A stretch of 64,000 nt of DNA from Octopus vulgaris (Eukaryota). The position numbers were made by a program, and so were the translations under genes. This document shows, piece after piece, positions 1-12,812 of the stretch; the first letter of the stretch is position 1; the number at the start of each line of letters is the position of its first letter. The stretch is from positions 61,256,001 through 61,320,000 of the forward strand of contig OX597823.1 of NCBI GenBank assembly GCA_951406725.2. Direction: 5' to 3'. Below the pieces are notes generated by a model that was given only the letters and a program-made list of their open reading frames with translations, did no database searches and was not told the origin of the DNA.

Positions 1-25
1 CAACAAAGATACAAGGCTCCATCTT

Positions 26-182
26 GTATGTATGTATGTATGTATGTATGTATGTATGTATGTATGTATGTATGTATGTATGTATGTATGTATGTATGTA
101 CGTACGTACGTATGTATGTATGTATGTATGTATGTATGTATGTATGTATGTATGTACGTACGTATGTATGTATGTATGTATG
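26..182. repeat. (TATG)n microsatellite
   Basis: Direct tandem TATG with a few TACG variants; explains ORF 24..269. Confidence 0.95.
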
Positions 183-253
183 AAATATAAAGCCTTTTGT
201 AAAACTTTCTGCATTATCAGAAACTTTCTGTATTTTCCATTTTTTTCTATACA

Positions 254-475
254 CACAAAGGGGTACTGAAAAGCTTCTGGCTTAGAGTAAAAAGATATAC
301 AGGAGGATCAGTTAATTATGATTTTATTTAACATATTCCCCCTCTCAGATTCAATCACTTATTGTAGTGGTCCCTCAGTTTTTCTAAGCCCTGTAAAAGA
401 ACTTGGAAGATTGGACCCCCAACCAGGCCTTTCATGATACTCTTAAATCCAGAAACTTATCAGCACCTCCTTGTA
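254..475. mobile_element. mariner-type MITE (non-autonomous)
   Basis: Imperfect ~27-bp terminal inverted repeats: cacaaaggggtactgaaaagcttctgg versus the reverse complement of ccagaaacttatcagcacctccttgta; ends in TA. Confidence 0.65.
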
Positions 476-485
476 TGTATATATG

Positions 486-828
486 GGGAGTGGGAGACCC
501 CCTCCGGTCGTGAATGACCATAGGATTGCACCTAGAAAGTTACCCTCCGAGGTACAAGTCTGGGCAAGATTGTTTATAGAAGGCCAGCAGTCGCCCATGC
601 ATACCAGCCTCCCCTCTTCACACCACTGATTTTATCCAAGGGAAAGGCAAAGGCTGATACAGCTTGGCACCAGTGATGTCGCAACTCATTTCTACAGCTG
701 AGTTAACTGGAGCAACATGAAATAAAATGTCTTGCTCAAGAACACAACACGCCGCCCGGTCTGGGAATTGAACTCACAACCTCACAATTGTAGCTCGACG
801 CTCTAACCACTGAGCCAAGTGCCTTCAC
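486..828 (-). mobile_element. tRNA-derived SINE
   Basis: Minus-strand head has A box TGGCTCAGTGG and B box GTTCAATTCC followed by ttcttgagcaagac; related heads at 1070-1312 and 60853-61130. Confidence 0.8.
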
Positions 829-858
829 ATGTATATATATATATATATATATATATAT

Positions 859-1067
859 CCTTTCTACTATAAGTACAAGGTTTGAAATTTTGGTGTAGCG
901 GGCTTGTCAATTGCATCAACCCTAGTGGTCAGCTGGTACTTGTTTCATCAACCTTGAAAGGGATGAAAAGCAAAGTTGACCTTAGCAGAATTTCAACTCA
1001 GAATGTAAAAACAGACAAAATGCCCCTAACATGTTGTCCAGTATACCAACAATTCTGCCAGTTAGCC
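859..1067 (-). mobile_element. SINE with Nin/Deu-like central domain
   Basis: Degenerate copy of the family core gcctttcatcctttcggggtcgataaaataagtaccag seen many times in this window. Confidence 0.7.
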
Positions 1068-1069
1068 AA

Positions 1070-1312
1070 AGCTACCTTGTCAAATCATGCCGTTTGACAA
1101 GGGCCGGTTTCCTGGTTTCATGGCATATAAATTCCCCACCTCAACAGGACACTGGTCTGTTGCATGATTATTCATTTTTGCCAGTTAAGTGAACTGGAGT
1201 AACAAAAAATGAAGTGTTTGCTCAAGAACACAACACATTGCCCAGTCTAGGAATCAAAACCACAATCTTCCTATCATGAGTTCAACACTCTAACCACTAA
1301 GCCACGTGCCTG
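1070..1312 (-). mobile_element. tRNA-derived SINE
   Basis: Minus-strand head GTGGCTTAGTGGTTAGAGTG...TTCGATTCC-like box; shares cttgagcaa and ctccagttcact blocks with 486-828. Confidence 0.7.
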
Positions 1313-1338
1313 CATGACTTTTCACTTATGGATGTATG

Positions 1339-1377
<39 letters not shown>

Positions 1378-1389
1378 ATGCATGCACGT

Positions 1390-1428
<39 letters not shown>

Positions 1429-2019
1429 GTACTATTAAGTTAGGAATGGCCTTGGTCAATGATAACCAAAAATCCTATCTAAGTTGTGTGTATGAGTGTG
1501 TGTTTATGCATTTGTGTGTGATGGCTGTTTATTTGTGTCAAAAGAGCATATCACCAACTAAAGTCAGTAATAGAGGCATGGAATTTTATGTCCAATATGG
1601 CTTGCATCTTCTTTACCCTATTGAAATGATTCAGAGAAAAGTTGAGGCAAAGAAACTGATTTCAATAAAGATTGTTGGCTTGGAGCTGTGGCAGCATCAT
1701 GAACATCAGCAGAAGATGAAAATTCTCAAAATGAAGGATACCATTCCTTTATACACTGTATTCTATATCAAAGTAATATTGTCTTAGTGACAAGCTTTCA
1801 ATGAATCTTAAGTGGTATTTCACTCTGGGAGGTCTTACAGCACCAACCAAGAGTGAGATGTGGTCCTTTGACACATCTAAATGAGCAGCATCCCTAAATA
1901 AGGGCTGACTCAAACTATGGTAATGTACCCTGCCCATGCCAGCAAATAAAATAATGATGGTGGCAGCATGTGTGTATGTATGTATGTCTACGTAAATGTA
2001 TGTGTGTGTGTGTGTGTGT

Positions 2020-2212
2020 ATCATCATCATCATCATCGTTTAACGTCCGTTCTCCATGCTAGCATGGGTTGGACAGTTCAACCGGGGTTCTGGGAAGCCA
2101 GAAGGCTGCACCAGGCTCCAGTCTAATCTGGCAATGTTTCTACAGCTGGATGCCCTTCCTAACGCCAACCACTCCGTGAGTGTAGTGGGTGCTTTTTACG
2201 TGCCACCTGCAC
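2020..2212 (-). mobile_element. RTE LINE 3' tail fragment
   Basis: Nearly identical to 13758-13952, the 3' end of the RTE ORF-bearing copy; (GAT)n tail on the minus strand. Confidence 0.9.
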
Positions 2213-2213
2213 G

Positions 2214-2253
<40 letters not shown>

Positions 2254-2260
2254 CACACAA

Positions 2261-2660
2261 GAGTGGTTGTGTGGTAAGAACCTTGCTTCCCAACCACATG
2301 GTTCTAGGTTCAATCCCACTTCATGGCACCTTGGTCAAGTGTCATCTACAATATCCTCAGGCTGACCAAAGTCTTGTGAGTGGATTTGGCAGACAGAAAC
2401 TGAAAGAATACCATCGTATATATATGTATGTGTGTATGTGTGTATGTATGTATGTATGTATGTATTTGTCCTCCCACCATCGCCTGACAACCGATGTTGG
2501 TGTGTTTACGTCCCTGTAACTTAGCAGTTTGGCAAAAGAGACCAATAGAATAAGTACTAGGCTTACAAAAAATAAATCCTGGGGTTGACTTGTTTGACTA
2601 AAGGCGGTGCTCCAACCTGGCTGCAGTCAAATGACTAAAACAAATAAAAGGACAAAAGAA
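2261..2660 (+). mobile_element. tRNA-derived SINE with internal microsatellite (dominant family)
   Basis: Head gtggttgtgtggtaag...ggttcaatccc, internal (TA/TG)n, tail ending aaaagaa; more than 10 related copies in the window. Confidence 0.85.
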
Positions 2661-2933
2661 TACATATATATAAAATTAAATAAGGGTAGAAATTGATATT
2701 AACCAATTAAAACCAGTGGCCTAGCATATTTAAAAAAATCCGAAGATTAAAAATTTTTTTACATACAAAATTTAGAGGAATGACCACTAAAAGTGGACAG
2801 CCTGTATGCTAGATATAGGCGTCAAAATCACCATTTTCCATGGAGAATGTGTTCTCAAGAAAGCATTCAGCAAAACACCAAAGTGTAAAAATAAGCAAGA
2901 CAAATGAAAATATACGAAATAAAAAACGATTAC

Positions 2934-3009
2934 CTATGTGCTAATTAGTTTCACTTGTTAATAATGTACGTATATGAATACATAAACATCTGCAAAATCA
3001 TCAGTATAG
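2934..3009 (-). ncRNA. degenerate minimal type I hammerhead ribozyme motif
   Basis: Minus strand: CUAUA-CUGAUGA-[45 nt]-GAAAC-UAAUUA-GCA-CAUAG. Near-palindromic stem III, but U16.1 is replaced by C and the first stem I pair is a mismatch. Confidence 0.55.
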
Positions 3010-3197
3010 TCTGTCATTTGCGAAACACAATTTCTAGAACTAGATCCAGGGCGCTCGACTGAAATCTAGCATTGTATAAAGTTCCACAAATTATATTTAT
3101 GTGTATCTTTCAAATGTATTCATTTTGACACGCTGAGATCGGAAATTACTCTGCAGTTAATAAACTACAGCAGTCAATTTACCAGCTAGAGAACATT

Positions 3198-3229
<32 letters not shown>

Positions 3230-3857
3230 TATCTATGTACATATGTATGCATAAATAGACAGACAGACAGATAAATAGATAGACATATATATATACACAC
3301 ACACTCAAACACACACATATACAGATATACAAACTGATGGATAATTATATGACAAATTTCTGCATGGTTTTCATTTACAAATTCCTCCCATGTATCACTG
3401 GTCAGCTTGACATTATGGAAGAAAAATCTTCTTCAAGGTCCCACACACTAGAATGGAACCCAGAACCATGTGGTTGTGAAGCAAACTCCTTAACGACACA
3501 GCCATGCCTGCCACCCATAAATTATTCAAAGTTAAGTTTCCATTCCATATCAACATCACAGCTTTAAAATATTACAGTTGGAAAACATTTGCATCTCTGC
3601 TTTGGACATTTTGATTTATCTGAACAGTTCTCCTGACAATAAATTCTATTAGTTCTCTCTAGCCATTCCTTTAATTGACATTAGGCTTCTTAAAGACAGA
3701 AAAAAAAAAAAACAAACAAGAAATAGATTTTGTACTTTCTAGGATATGAAAATATTGGGAGTAAACGGTTTAGCTTTTATTGACCTCCTTCTCTAAACAG
3801 TAATAGCTTTGTAATTTCATTTCTCTTTAGAGAAATAAATGCAGTTACAAACTGTAT

Positions 3858-4080
3858 TTAACTCTTTAGCATTTGAACCAGCCATATCCAGATCAAATAT
3901 TCTACCTTCTTTACATTGAAATTGGCCATATCTAGCCTCTCACATCTACTCTACACTCTAAAAATAAACAATCATATCACTGAAACCTCAAAGCTTTGAG
4001 ATAATGCTTGGTTATTTCAAAGTGATATGAGTAAGTAAAGCATTACATTTAACAGAGTAATCTGAACACTAAAGGGTTAA
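3858..4080. mobile_element. TTAA-flanked piggyBac-like MITE, family A
   Basis: TTAA-ctctttagcatt...aacactaaaggg-TTAA; homologous copies at 10834-11061 and 26716-26930. Confidence 0.75.
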
Positions 4081-4566
4081 AGAAGTTAATAAACCAACTG
4101 AAAGCAACAAGAGACAACAGTAGTTTATTTACAGTTTATTCTGCTGGTTTCCTGGTCTCTTTCTATTGTCAGATTACTGTTAAGGCATATTTAGCCCTTA
4201 GGCAAAGGGATTGGTTCATGTGACATCAGGGTATATATCTGCACACTGGTGGGTACGTGTGACTCATGTCTAGGAGCCAGCCTTTCTCCAAGTCTTAGGC
4301 TTTTGCCACAGGACCATCTTCTGTTTGAGCCATAATTGAAGCTCTTGACAAATATTACCACCCCAGGCCAGAGAAGATCCCAAGCTGGGGCCTCACCACT
4401 GGATAAAGTTTAATGACTTGTCCAAGACATCTAATAAAATACCCTGTTTATGCATTTCAATAAATTTTGAAAATAATCAAGAATTTAGATGAATTTAATA
4501 AAATATCTAACTTGGTATTTGAAACGTAACAAAAGTTGCTTATCTGAAGCTATGTTAAAAAGATTT

Positions 4567-4797
4567 AATTTGGTTTTAAATTTTGGCACTGGGTCAGCAA
4601 TTGTGTGTATATGTGGAGGGGATGTACATCAATTACATAAATCCCAGTGCTCAACTGGTACTTACATTTTATCGACTCTGAAAGGAGGAAAGGCTAAGCT
4701 GACCCCAGCAGTATTTGAACTCCAAATGTAAAGTTGGAAGAAATACTGCTAAGCACTTCTACCAGCATGGTAACAATTCTTCCAGCACATTGCTCTT
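4567..4797 (-). mobile_element. Nin/Deu-like SINE
   Basis: Contains ctggtacttacattttatcgactctgaaaggaggaaaggc, the reverse complement of the family core. Confidence 0.7.
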
Positions 4798-5899
4798 ACA
4801 AAAAGTTTTAATTTAAAATGAATATTTCAAAATGAGAAGCTTTGTATCATTACAGTCAGCCACAGTCAGTATTGGTCACTGATTGTCTCTGTAATTAAGA
4901 TAATATTAATTTCAAACACAACACTATCTACAATTTGGAACTAAATTTTTTAATGAAAACAAGTAAATTTTGATTCCAATCAATAGATTTGTTGAAGTGT
5001 GATTATGTTGGACAGTTTTTCTATCTCTTTCAGAGTAATATCTTTATGTTTCTTTTAGCCAAGATTAGAGCAGGAACGTTATTGTTCTCAAGACTCAAAT
5101 AGATCCTGATCCAATATGTATCCCTTTTTCAGGCAAAATGTCCAATGGACTATATTTTCTGATCTTTTTAAAACAGTAGGATATGAGCTTTTGAGATTCA
5201 TCTTTTATGTCTTACAGGTCAAATGACCACATCAAAGCTCCTTTGTTAATACATAAATATGAACTATCAAATATGTTACTAAAAAATATGAGATTTCATT
5301 ATGCAGATGATATGGTACAGAGTCATTTTAAAGTCCTTGTGCAATTTTAAATTTGTACAATATTAGTTCTATATGTATATTAGAATTAATATGTGAAAAA
5401 AATAAGTGAAAAAAATAAGTGAAAGAACTTAAGCTTTAAAATAAATTTTATCATGAAATTGTCAATTTTCACCATGCCTATTGTCATTATGCAAACCTGA
5501 TGTAAATCTAAAGTTCATTTCACTACAGATCTTTAGTTATTCACTGAATCACATTAGTTATCCTAGCCTGCAAGTTGTTATCAGTAACATGATTTTTTTG
5601 TTGAATAAACAGTAATCTGTACATGTTCCCATAAAATTAAATTGAAATAATTATTGACATTATTTTAAAAATTAATAAATATTTATGCTAAATTTATTGA
5701 TTAAGGGTGATGGAATAGACACATCAAGTTTATATGAAGCTAAAACGATATATTTTCAAATCTAAAATTTTACATTGTACAAGGACTTTATAAAGATCTT
5801 ATATGATAATTTATAGCACTGGCAATAGTTATTTGAGTTGAGTGTATATAGCCTAGTGCTAAAACAGAAACAAGAAACAAAAGTCTATAAAACTGGCTC

Positions 5900-6126
5900 T
5901 TAACCATTTTGATGCCAACATGTCTGCAACTAACACTGGTTCTATGGTACAAATTTTCTGTTTTAAAGTGATCCAAATCAAGACTTTTCATGAAAATTTC
6001 ACATTGATTTATGTTCCAAACATCAGCTTAATAATGATACTTTAGCAAATTCTTCAAAATTATTTTCAAAATTAATTAAAACAAAGGTAATATATTTCAA
6101 CAGAAATATGGTAATGAAAGGATTAA
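5900..6126. mobile_element. TTAA-flanked piggyBac-like MITE, family B
   Basis: TTAA-ccattttgat...atgaaagga-TTAA; homologous to 18863-19093. Confidence 0.7.
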
Positions 6127-9100
6127 GAAACCTACCTCAAGTTATTTATTTTTTTGAAAGTAAGAGAATACAATAGAATTTTATAAAAACTAATGTCAAA
6201 GACATCATGTCTTTTCTCTTTTAGTCAACACATATTTCATAGAGTGAAAAAACCTTACAAACAATAATGTCTCAGAGAGAAAAGATGTTTTGATACACTT
6301 CAAGAGGAAACTTTTTACCATAATGGCTTAGTTAAAGGAATTAGGTTGGTACCAATGACCATTTTATAGAGTTTCCAGAACTGGAAGAAGGAAATTATTG
6401 TCAGAGTGGAAACAAGTGGAAACATGGTCCAAATACATACAGCACAATGCGCTCTAACAAAAACACTCTTGGACCAGGTGGTGGGTTAAAACAACCAATG
6501 AGTCAAGATGCTAATTCAAGAATAAGTTCCAACAGGCTTCCATACAATTTTCTTTTTTTGCATTGCTTAATCAGAAAGAAAGGCATCTTCCATAAATCTT
6601 CACAGGGCCTTGGATACTGGTGGTGGGTATAAGTGTCCTTGAAATGGATACCTGGCAAGAACATTTGCAATACTGTGGGATCTCTTAAAGATACCTAAGG
6701 ATCAGGTGGTGGTGTTAAACTGCATGCAAGATTAAATCTCTCAGCCAGGTAGGCCATGGTAGGATTTGAACACAGAATGTAAATAACAAGAAAAAACACC
6801 ACAAGGCATCCTGGGGGCTGCTCTAAAAATTTCTCCAACCCTCTGCCTTAAAATGGCAATTTATTTATCAATTCTAAAAAGATGTAAGGTAAATTTGACT
6901 TCAGATGAATTTGAACTCAGAATTTATTCCAGAGCGTGGAATAAATACCCAAGTTATTTCATCAAATGCTCTAACGATGACTGCCAATTTGTAACAATAT
7001 TTGTGAAGAATTATACAGTTTTAATATGTTCCATTAAAATATACTTTTATGGTCTTGCAGATTGTCAATAATTTGAAATATAATAAAATGGTATAAAACA
7101 AAATGAAATACAAAAAAAAATTCAATAAAAGTTTGTTATTTGTAGATTGTTTTCTGTCAAATATTCTGGATGCTAAGATGGAAATTTGAAACAAAAGCTA
7201 TCTGCTAAGATGACCAATCAAGGAGAAACAAATTATAATGGACGTTTCCTACAGAATACAATTTATAATCTTTATGAAACAATGTTAAAAATTTACAAAT
7301 ATGATTAAATTCAATTTTCTGTTGATCTCTGATGGTTGACAGCTGAATTAAGACTGATAGATTTCAAAGATGAAGTGTGAAGTATTTTATATTCTGTCAG
7401 AACAGATAGAGGGTGTTTTGAAAATAGAGTTGTTGTAGTTTAACCTCAGATCACTCAGGCTAGCCTAAGTCGAGCCAACCTCTGATCAAAGGTATTCTAT
7501 GTATGATCCTCAGGTTACACTATTCAATTCATCCTTCCTTATATAAAGCCATTGGAGAGTAATTTCAGGGAAGTCAAGTTGCTATTTCTAACAAATAGTG
7601 TAACGATGTAGATCAATCATGGGCAACATGTGGTCATGAGGCTTTCCAAATGGCTCACCTAATGAAAAAATAATTTGAATATTCTCATTAGTGGAGCCCA
7701 CTAATTTGGCGTAGGTAACATTTTTTTTTTTGAGAAGTCCATCTGAGACACAGCCCACCCATTGATAAGCTGTTTCAGGACGACTTCTCAAAAAAACAAA
7801 AAATGGTTACCCATGTCTAATATAGAGGAATTCTCAAGAGCTATGTTAATAAGGTATTTAGGTTCACATTCAGTCATGAGCACTACACTGTATTCATGGC
7901 CAAGATGCTTAACAATTAAATGGTCCAGTACACATAGTCACATGTACATATATTTCCTTTGTATGTAAAAACCACCACTATAATCAGTGGAACCAGTTCC
8001 TGTTCATCTATTCTGCTCAGAGCACTGGTCAAGACTATGTTAAAAAACACTTACTTAAGGAACCATGCACTTGGATCGAACTTGGAACCATGTCATTGCA
8101 AAGCAAACTCTTTTACTACAGAGCCATGCCTAGACCAAGTTAGCCATGACCATCCTAACTAGTCTATGAATACACTATATAATGTCCTTTTTTAAGATAG
8201 TAGGGTGTGATATGAAGGAGGTTTGGCTACTAATCCTAGCAGGTCAGATGATATTGTATCATAAATTGTGTTGGTATTGTTGATTTAAGTATGTCAGGCC
8301 TGAGGGAAGTTGGAAAACAAAATCTTGAAATTAGCAACAGATTCTTAGTGTAGTGGCACCCTTGAGAAAACCATAGGCAAGGCTGAAATAAATTTTGCAA
8401 TAAGACTTGTAATGATGCCTTTTTATTTTTCTTAGTCAGAATGGAAGGGCAATACCCAGAACCCCTTCTAGGGCCTCTGAATCTGTGGGAAGGAAGGATG
8501 GAGGGACTAATGTATTCATAAGCTGGAGAACTTGCTTGTGTATTTGCAACAGAGTGCACTCAGCAAAAAGCATCTAAGGTTGTCAATATAGTGGTGTTAA
8601 ATGGGGCAATTATTTGGTTTACCATCCAAGTAAGCCACAGCAGGATTTGAACACAGGACACAAAAAGCCAGGGTAAATACTGCAAGGAATCCCATATGAT
8701 GCGCTAACATTTCTGCCAGCCTATTACACTGATTGGTACTTTATTTATCAATGCATAGAAGGACAAACGGTAAAGATGACCTTAGTAGGATTTGAACTCA
8801 AAATGCAAAGTGTTAGGCTTAATACTGCAAGGAATTTTGTCAGATGTTTTAACAACTTTGCAAATTCACCATTTTGAGAGAACTATTAGAAGCAACAGAT
8901 CAGGAAATAAGAAACAAATTATAGTTGTAGTTAAGTTCTTTAGGAAATGCATGAACATCAAAACATCTCATTTCTCTTTCTTTAATAACGAAGCATTAGT
9001 GCCTTATCAAAAGAAACTTGTATTTCGATAAAGTAGTTTTAAAATTAGAAATAAAAGTTTCTAGACTGTTCTTTGTTATTTTCCAATTTATTTATTTCCG

Positions 9101-9649
9101 TCTTCTTTGTAGTTTGCTTATTACATGACATTTCAGCAGATAATTCCATTTCCATGATAATTCTGTGATTATTCCAGAGAAGCGGAAGAAGCTCACAATA
9201 GAGTAGAAATCAGACCAATTCCTTTGTGAAAGAAAATGGCAAACAAACATAGTATAGGGCAAGATTAAGATTTGAAATAAAGAAACCACTTCAAGAATTT
9301 CTGTATGACTACAAGTATATTTACTGTAAATTGAAGCCATAATTTGATATTGTTATATTAAGTTCAACTTTTTCGTTTTTATTTTATTTTATTCACAAAT
9401 ATCATTTGTACAAAGAATGATATTTTGGCGCTCAAAAAATATTTCCACTCATCTTGTTCTAGTTTAGACCCTCGTAGGTTCTGATCAAGCAGATCTATGG
9501 TCATTGCTAGAATACTTCTGACCTTGCATTTTTTTATTTTTATATTCAGAAAGCGTATCTAGAACTACATAGTTCATGTGTCCTGTCTTTAACATTGTCA
9601 GTTGTAATTTGAGAGAGATTTGACTATTATTTCTTGCAAATCAAGCAAC

Positions 9650-10380
9650 CATATAGAAATTCCTCTGAAATTTCTTCCACAGATACATCTTCAACAAAAT
9701 TATCTTCACATATATAGCTTCCGCAGATATATTTTACAAAAATATATTTTACCAAAATATACTCCTTATCTTTCCCCAAACTGTTTTTTTTTTTTTTATA
9801 TAAAACTGTTTTATAGAAATATTTCCCACAAAAACATTTCTCACAAAAACATTTCCACATAAGCAACTCTAAGAATAATGATCCTGCATTCAGGTTATTT
9901 TTACAGTTTCATTTTTCACATATTCAACTTTCACAGAAAAACCTACGAAAGAATGTTTAGTAAAAAGTATTTGCCACACAAATAATCTCCCAAAAGAAGC
10001 ATTTACATGAATCTCATTATTCACAAATATCTTTCCCTTCCCCCAAAATATATTGTTTAATGACATATTTCCACATAAATCTAAAGCTATTTTATATAGA
10101 TATTTTCTATAAAATATTTCCCATGGAAATGCAAATATTTTCTGATAAATATTTCCCATAGAAATTATTTTTCATGTAACTGTTGTATATAAATTAATCT
10201 TCCACATAAACATAGATTTTACAGAAATATACTCTGCATAAACATCTTCAACAGAAATATTTCCCATAAAAATTATTTTTCACATAACTGTCATAAACAA
10301 ATTTACCTTCCACATGAACAGTTTCTACAGAAATATCTCCCATAAAAATATTTTCAACAAAAACAATTTTCCACAGAAGC
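9650..10380. repeat. degenerate AT-rich minisatellite-like tract
   Basis: Recurrent ~15-bp motif aaatatttc(c)caca/ata, e.g. aaaaacatttctcac aaaaacatttccac. Confidence 0.55.
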
Positions 10381-10560
10381 ATATTTGGCTCAAACAACTT
10401 GATGTTAAAGTACAATAAGAAGTGACTGATATATGTGTACAAAAGTTGTAAAGATTTAGAGAGATACAAGATCTATAATGGCCAATAGTTTTTCATGTTA
10501 AAAAAAAAAAAATACTCATTGATTATTATCAGATAATTGCACTAATCTTCTTCCTTTTAG

Positions 10561-10698
10561 GTGCAGAAAATAGACAACGAAAATCTAAACACCACGAGAA
10601 GCTCCTCTAACTCTATGAGGTGCAAAACTTCAGGGCTGCCACATCAACATTTGTATGATGAAAGATATGTCTGGAGAGAATGTAGAAATGGAGAAAAA
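10561..10698 (+). other. candidate spliced exon (138 nt)
   Basis: Branch point cactaat and acceptor cttcttccttttag, donor gtgagt; phase-0 frame is open; product not recognised. Confidence 0.4.
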
Positions 10699-10833
10699 GT
10701 GAGTAGATGTGTATTGTATCAAGGTAACGGGAAGGCAAACTCTTTACAAATAAGGAATACAGGTACAAATTCTTCTAAATATCAGAGTTCATGGAATAAA
10801 CATTTTGTTGGTAGTAAAATGGATACCTTTTTG

Positions 10834-11061
10834 TGAACCCCTTAGCATTTGAACATGCTCTATCCAGACCAAATATTCTACCTATTTTATTTTCAAAGTG
10901 GTCAGATCCAGCCTCTTACACCTTCCCTGCAATGTCATTCTAAAAGTAAACAATCATAACTTTGAAGTCTCAAAGCTAAGAGATAATAAAGGATTAACTT
11001 TGAAGAATGTGAATAAATAAGCATTACATTTGACAAAGTAATCTGAATGCTAAAATGTTAA
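10834..11061. mobile_element. piggyBac-like MITE, family A
   Basis: Homologous to 3858-4080; right end TTAA. Confidence 0.7.
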
Positions 11062-11349
11062 AGAGAGATTAGTTACAGGGAATATGACAGCACTGTGATG
11101 TCTGCATAATCGAAACTAATTAGTGAAGAAAAGTAACTGTTCTATTAGACCATCATTAGATTATCATGAAGACGGGTGACAGCAATCTCTTCAATATGTC
11201 TTGTGTGGCTGTTCCAGTCTATAGAAGCTGTTGTTGTACACAGAATGAAGGAGCATCAAGGCTATTGGAGTTCTGCAATACAAGTAACTTAACTAATTGT
11301 AACAATAACCATAGCAAGGTGGCCTACCACCTGATCACCCACCAGTTAG

Positions 11350-11565
11350 GCAAACACACAAGCTTGATGTACTTCTTACTCAGCCAGGCAATGCTTAGTG
11401 GCATTTCGTCCATCTTCGCATTTTGAATTCAAATTTTGCCAAAGCTGATTTTGCCCTCCATCCTTTTGGAGCCAGCAAAATAAGTACCTGTGGAGAACTC
11501 AGGTCGATCTAATCAACTCACCCTTTCCCTGAAATTGCTGGCCTTGTGCCAAAATCTGAAACTGA
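11350..11565 (+). mobile_element. Nin/Deu-like SINE
   Basis: Family blocks aatgcttagtggcatttcgtc, ttgccctccatccttttgg and gctggccttgtgccaaaat. Confidence 0.65.
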
Positions 11566-12201
11566 AATTCTGTGACATGTGAATCATAAATGTGGAGTAC
11601 TTCAGACTGCAAAGCTCTGTGTCATTATGAGTGAGGATGTATGTATGTTGTGTAATGATATCGGTGGACTTGCCATCACTGGCACTGAGAAGAATGGGCG
11701 CATGGAGATGCTATTACAAGAAGTTGCTAAATGAGGAGATTAAATGGGAAAGAAAGGGATCTTCCAATAAACCCAACAGAGGGACTAGCTATTAAATTTG
11801 AAAATCATATATCGAAATGACCCTAGAAAGCTACAGAGAGCAACTGAACCAACAGGCACAATTGCTAAGATAATGAAAATTTTTCTGTGGTGTACAATAC
11901 ATACTGGTGGGTTTCATAGTCTATCAGAAAATAACAGAGTGAAGTTATTCATAATGAGGTGTCATCATCATCATCATGCAGGTTCCCTGAGAAGAAAGTA
12001 CTTACAGAAGATGAAGCCCAACAAAGACATTGGAAGAAGTGATAAAAGCTGATCTTGAGAATAAACCTCATAAAAAAAAACAATAAAAGACTACCATAAA
12101 TGGCCATTTTCTGCCCTGGACAGGAACTATTTTACCTTTGTTTTATCATGCAAGCATGAAAATATAAATAAACAATCATGATTCTGATGTTTATTTATTA
12201 C

Positions 12202-12342
12202 CTGACAAGATATATCTGCACCATCAGATGTCCCTGAACCAGTTGTTGAATGTCTCACCCAAGTGGAATTGATGCTAGAAGTGTCGAAACAATTGTGTTT
12301 AATTATAAATTCTCCTATATTCCATCTTCTGTCTTTCATTTG
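12202..12342 (-). other. candidate spliced exon (141 nt, phase 0)
   Basis: Minus strand tag|CAA...CAG|gtaata; open 47-codon frame QMKDRRWNIGEF...GADISCQ; product not recognised. Confidence 0.3.
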
Positions 12343-12639
12343 CTATATATATAAACATATTTATATATATATATATATACATACATATATATATATATAT
12401 ATATATGTACTCTATTCCATAACTCATGTATTGATTTCTGTACACTTGGTAACCCTGCTCACCTACTGTGGAATATAAAAGGAAGATTTTCTGCTCATCA
12501 TTCTTTAATAAAGAAAAAATAATTCACAACCTTCTGTCTCAAAAAACCACTATTGTTCCTGAATGTTGTTTTTTAATATTTACTATGGATTGCTCAAAGC
12601 CAATTTTCTTCTTACACCTTTATCTCTGGATCTTACAGT

Positions 12640-12812
<173 letters not shown>

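Noticed and set aside
24-269. ORFs of MYVC, YI, HT and CV repeats here and throughout the track
   Set aside because: Translations of (TATG)n, (TA)n and (CA)n microsatellites, which lack stops in several frames.
770-828. tRNA gene-like sequence (also other SINE heads)
   Set aside because: A and B boxes are present but they continue into SINE bodies and no complete cloverleaf is evident.
3540-3690. Minus-strand acceptor followed by a Cys-rich peptide (QLKEWLERTNRIYCQENCSDKSKCPKQRCKC)
   Set aside because: An in-frame stop follows the acceptor directly and no family is recognised.
11090-11130. ctgtga...cgaaactaattagtg hammerhead-like string
   Set aside because: The core lacks a base, the triplet is GUG, and there is no stem I.
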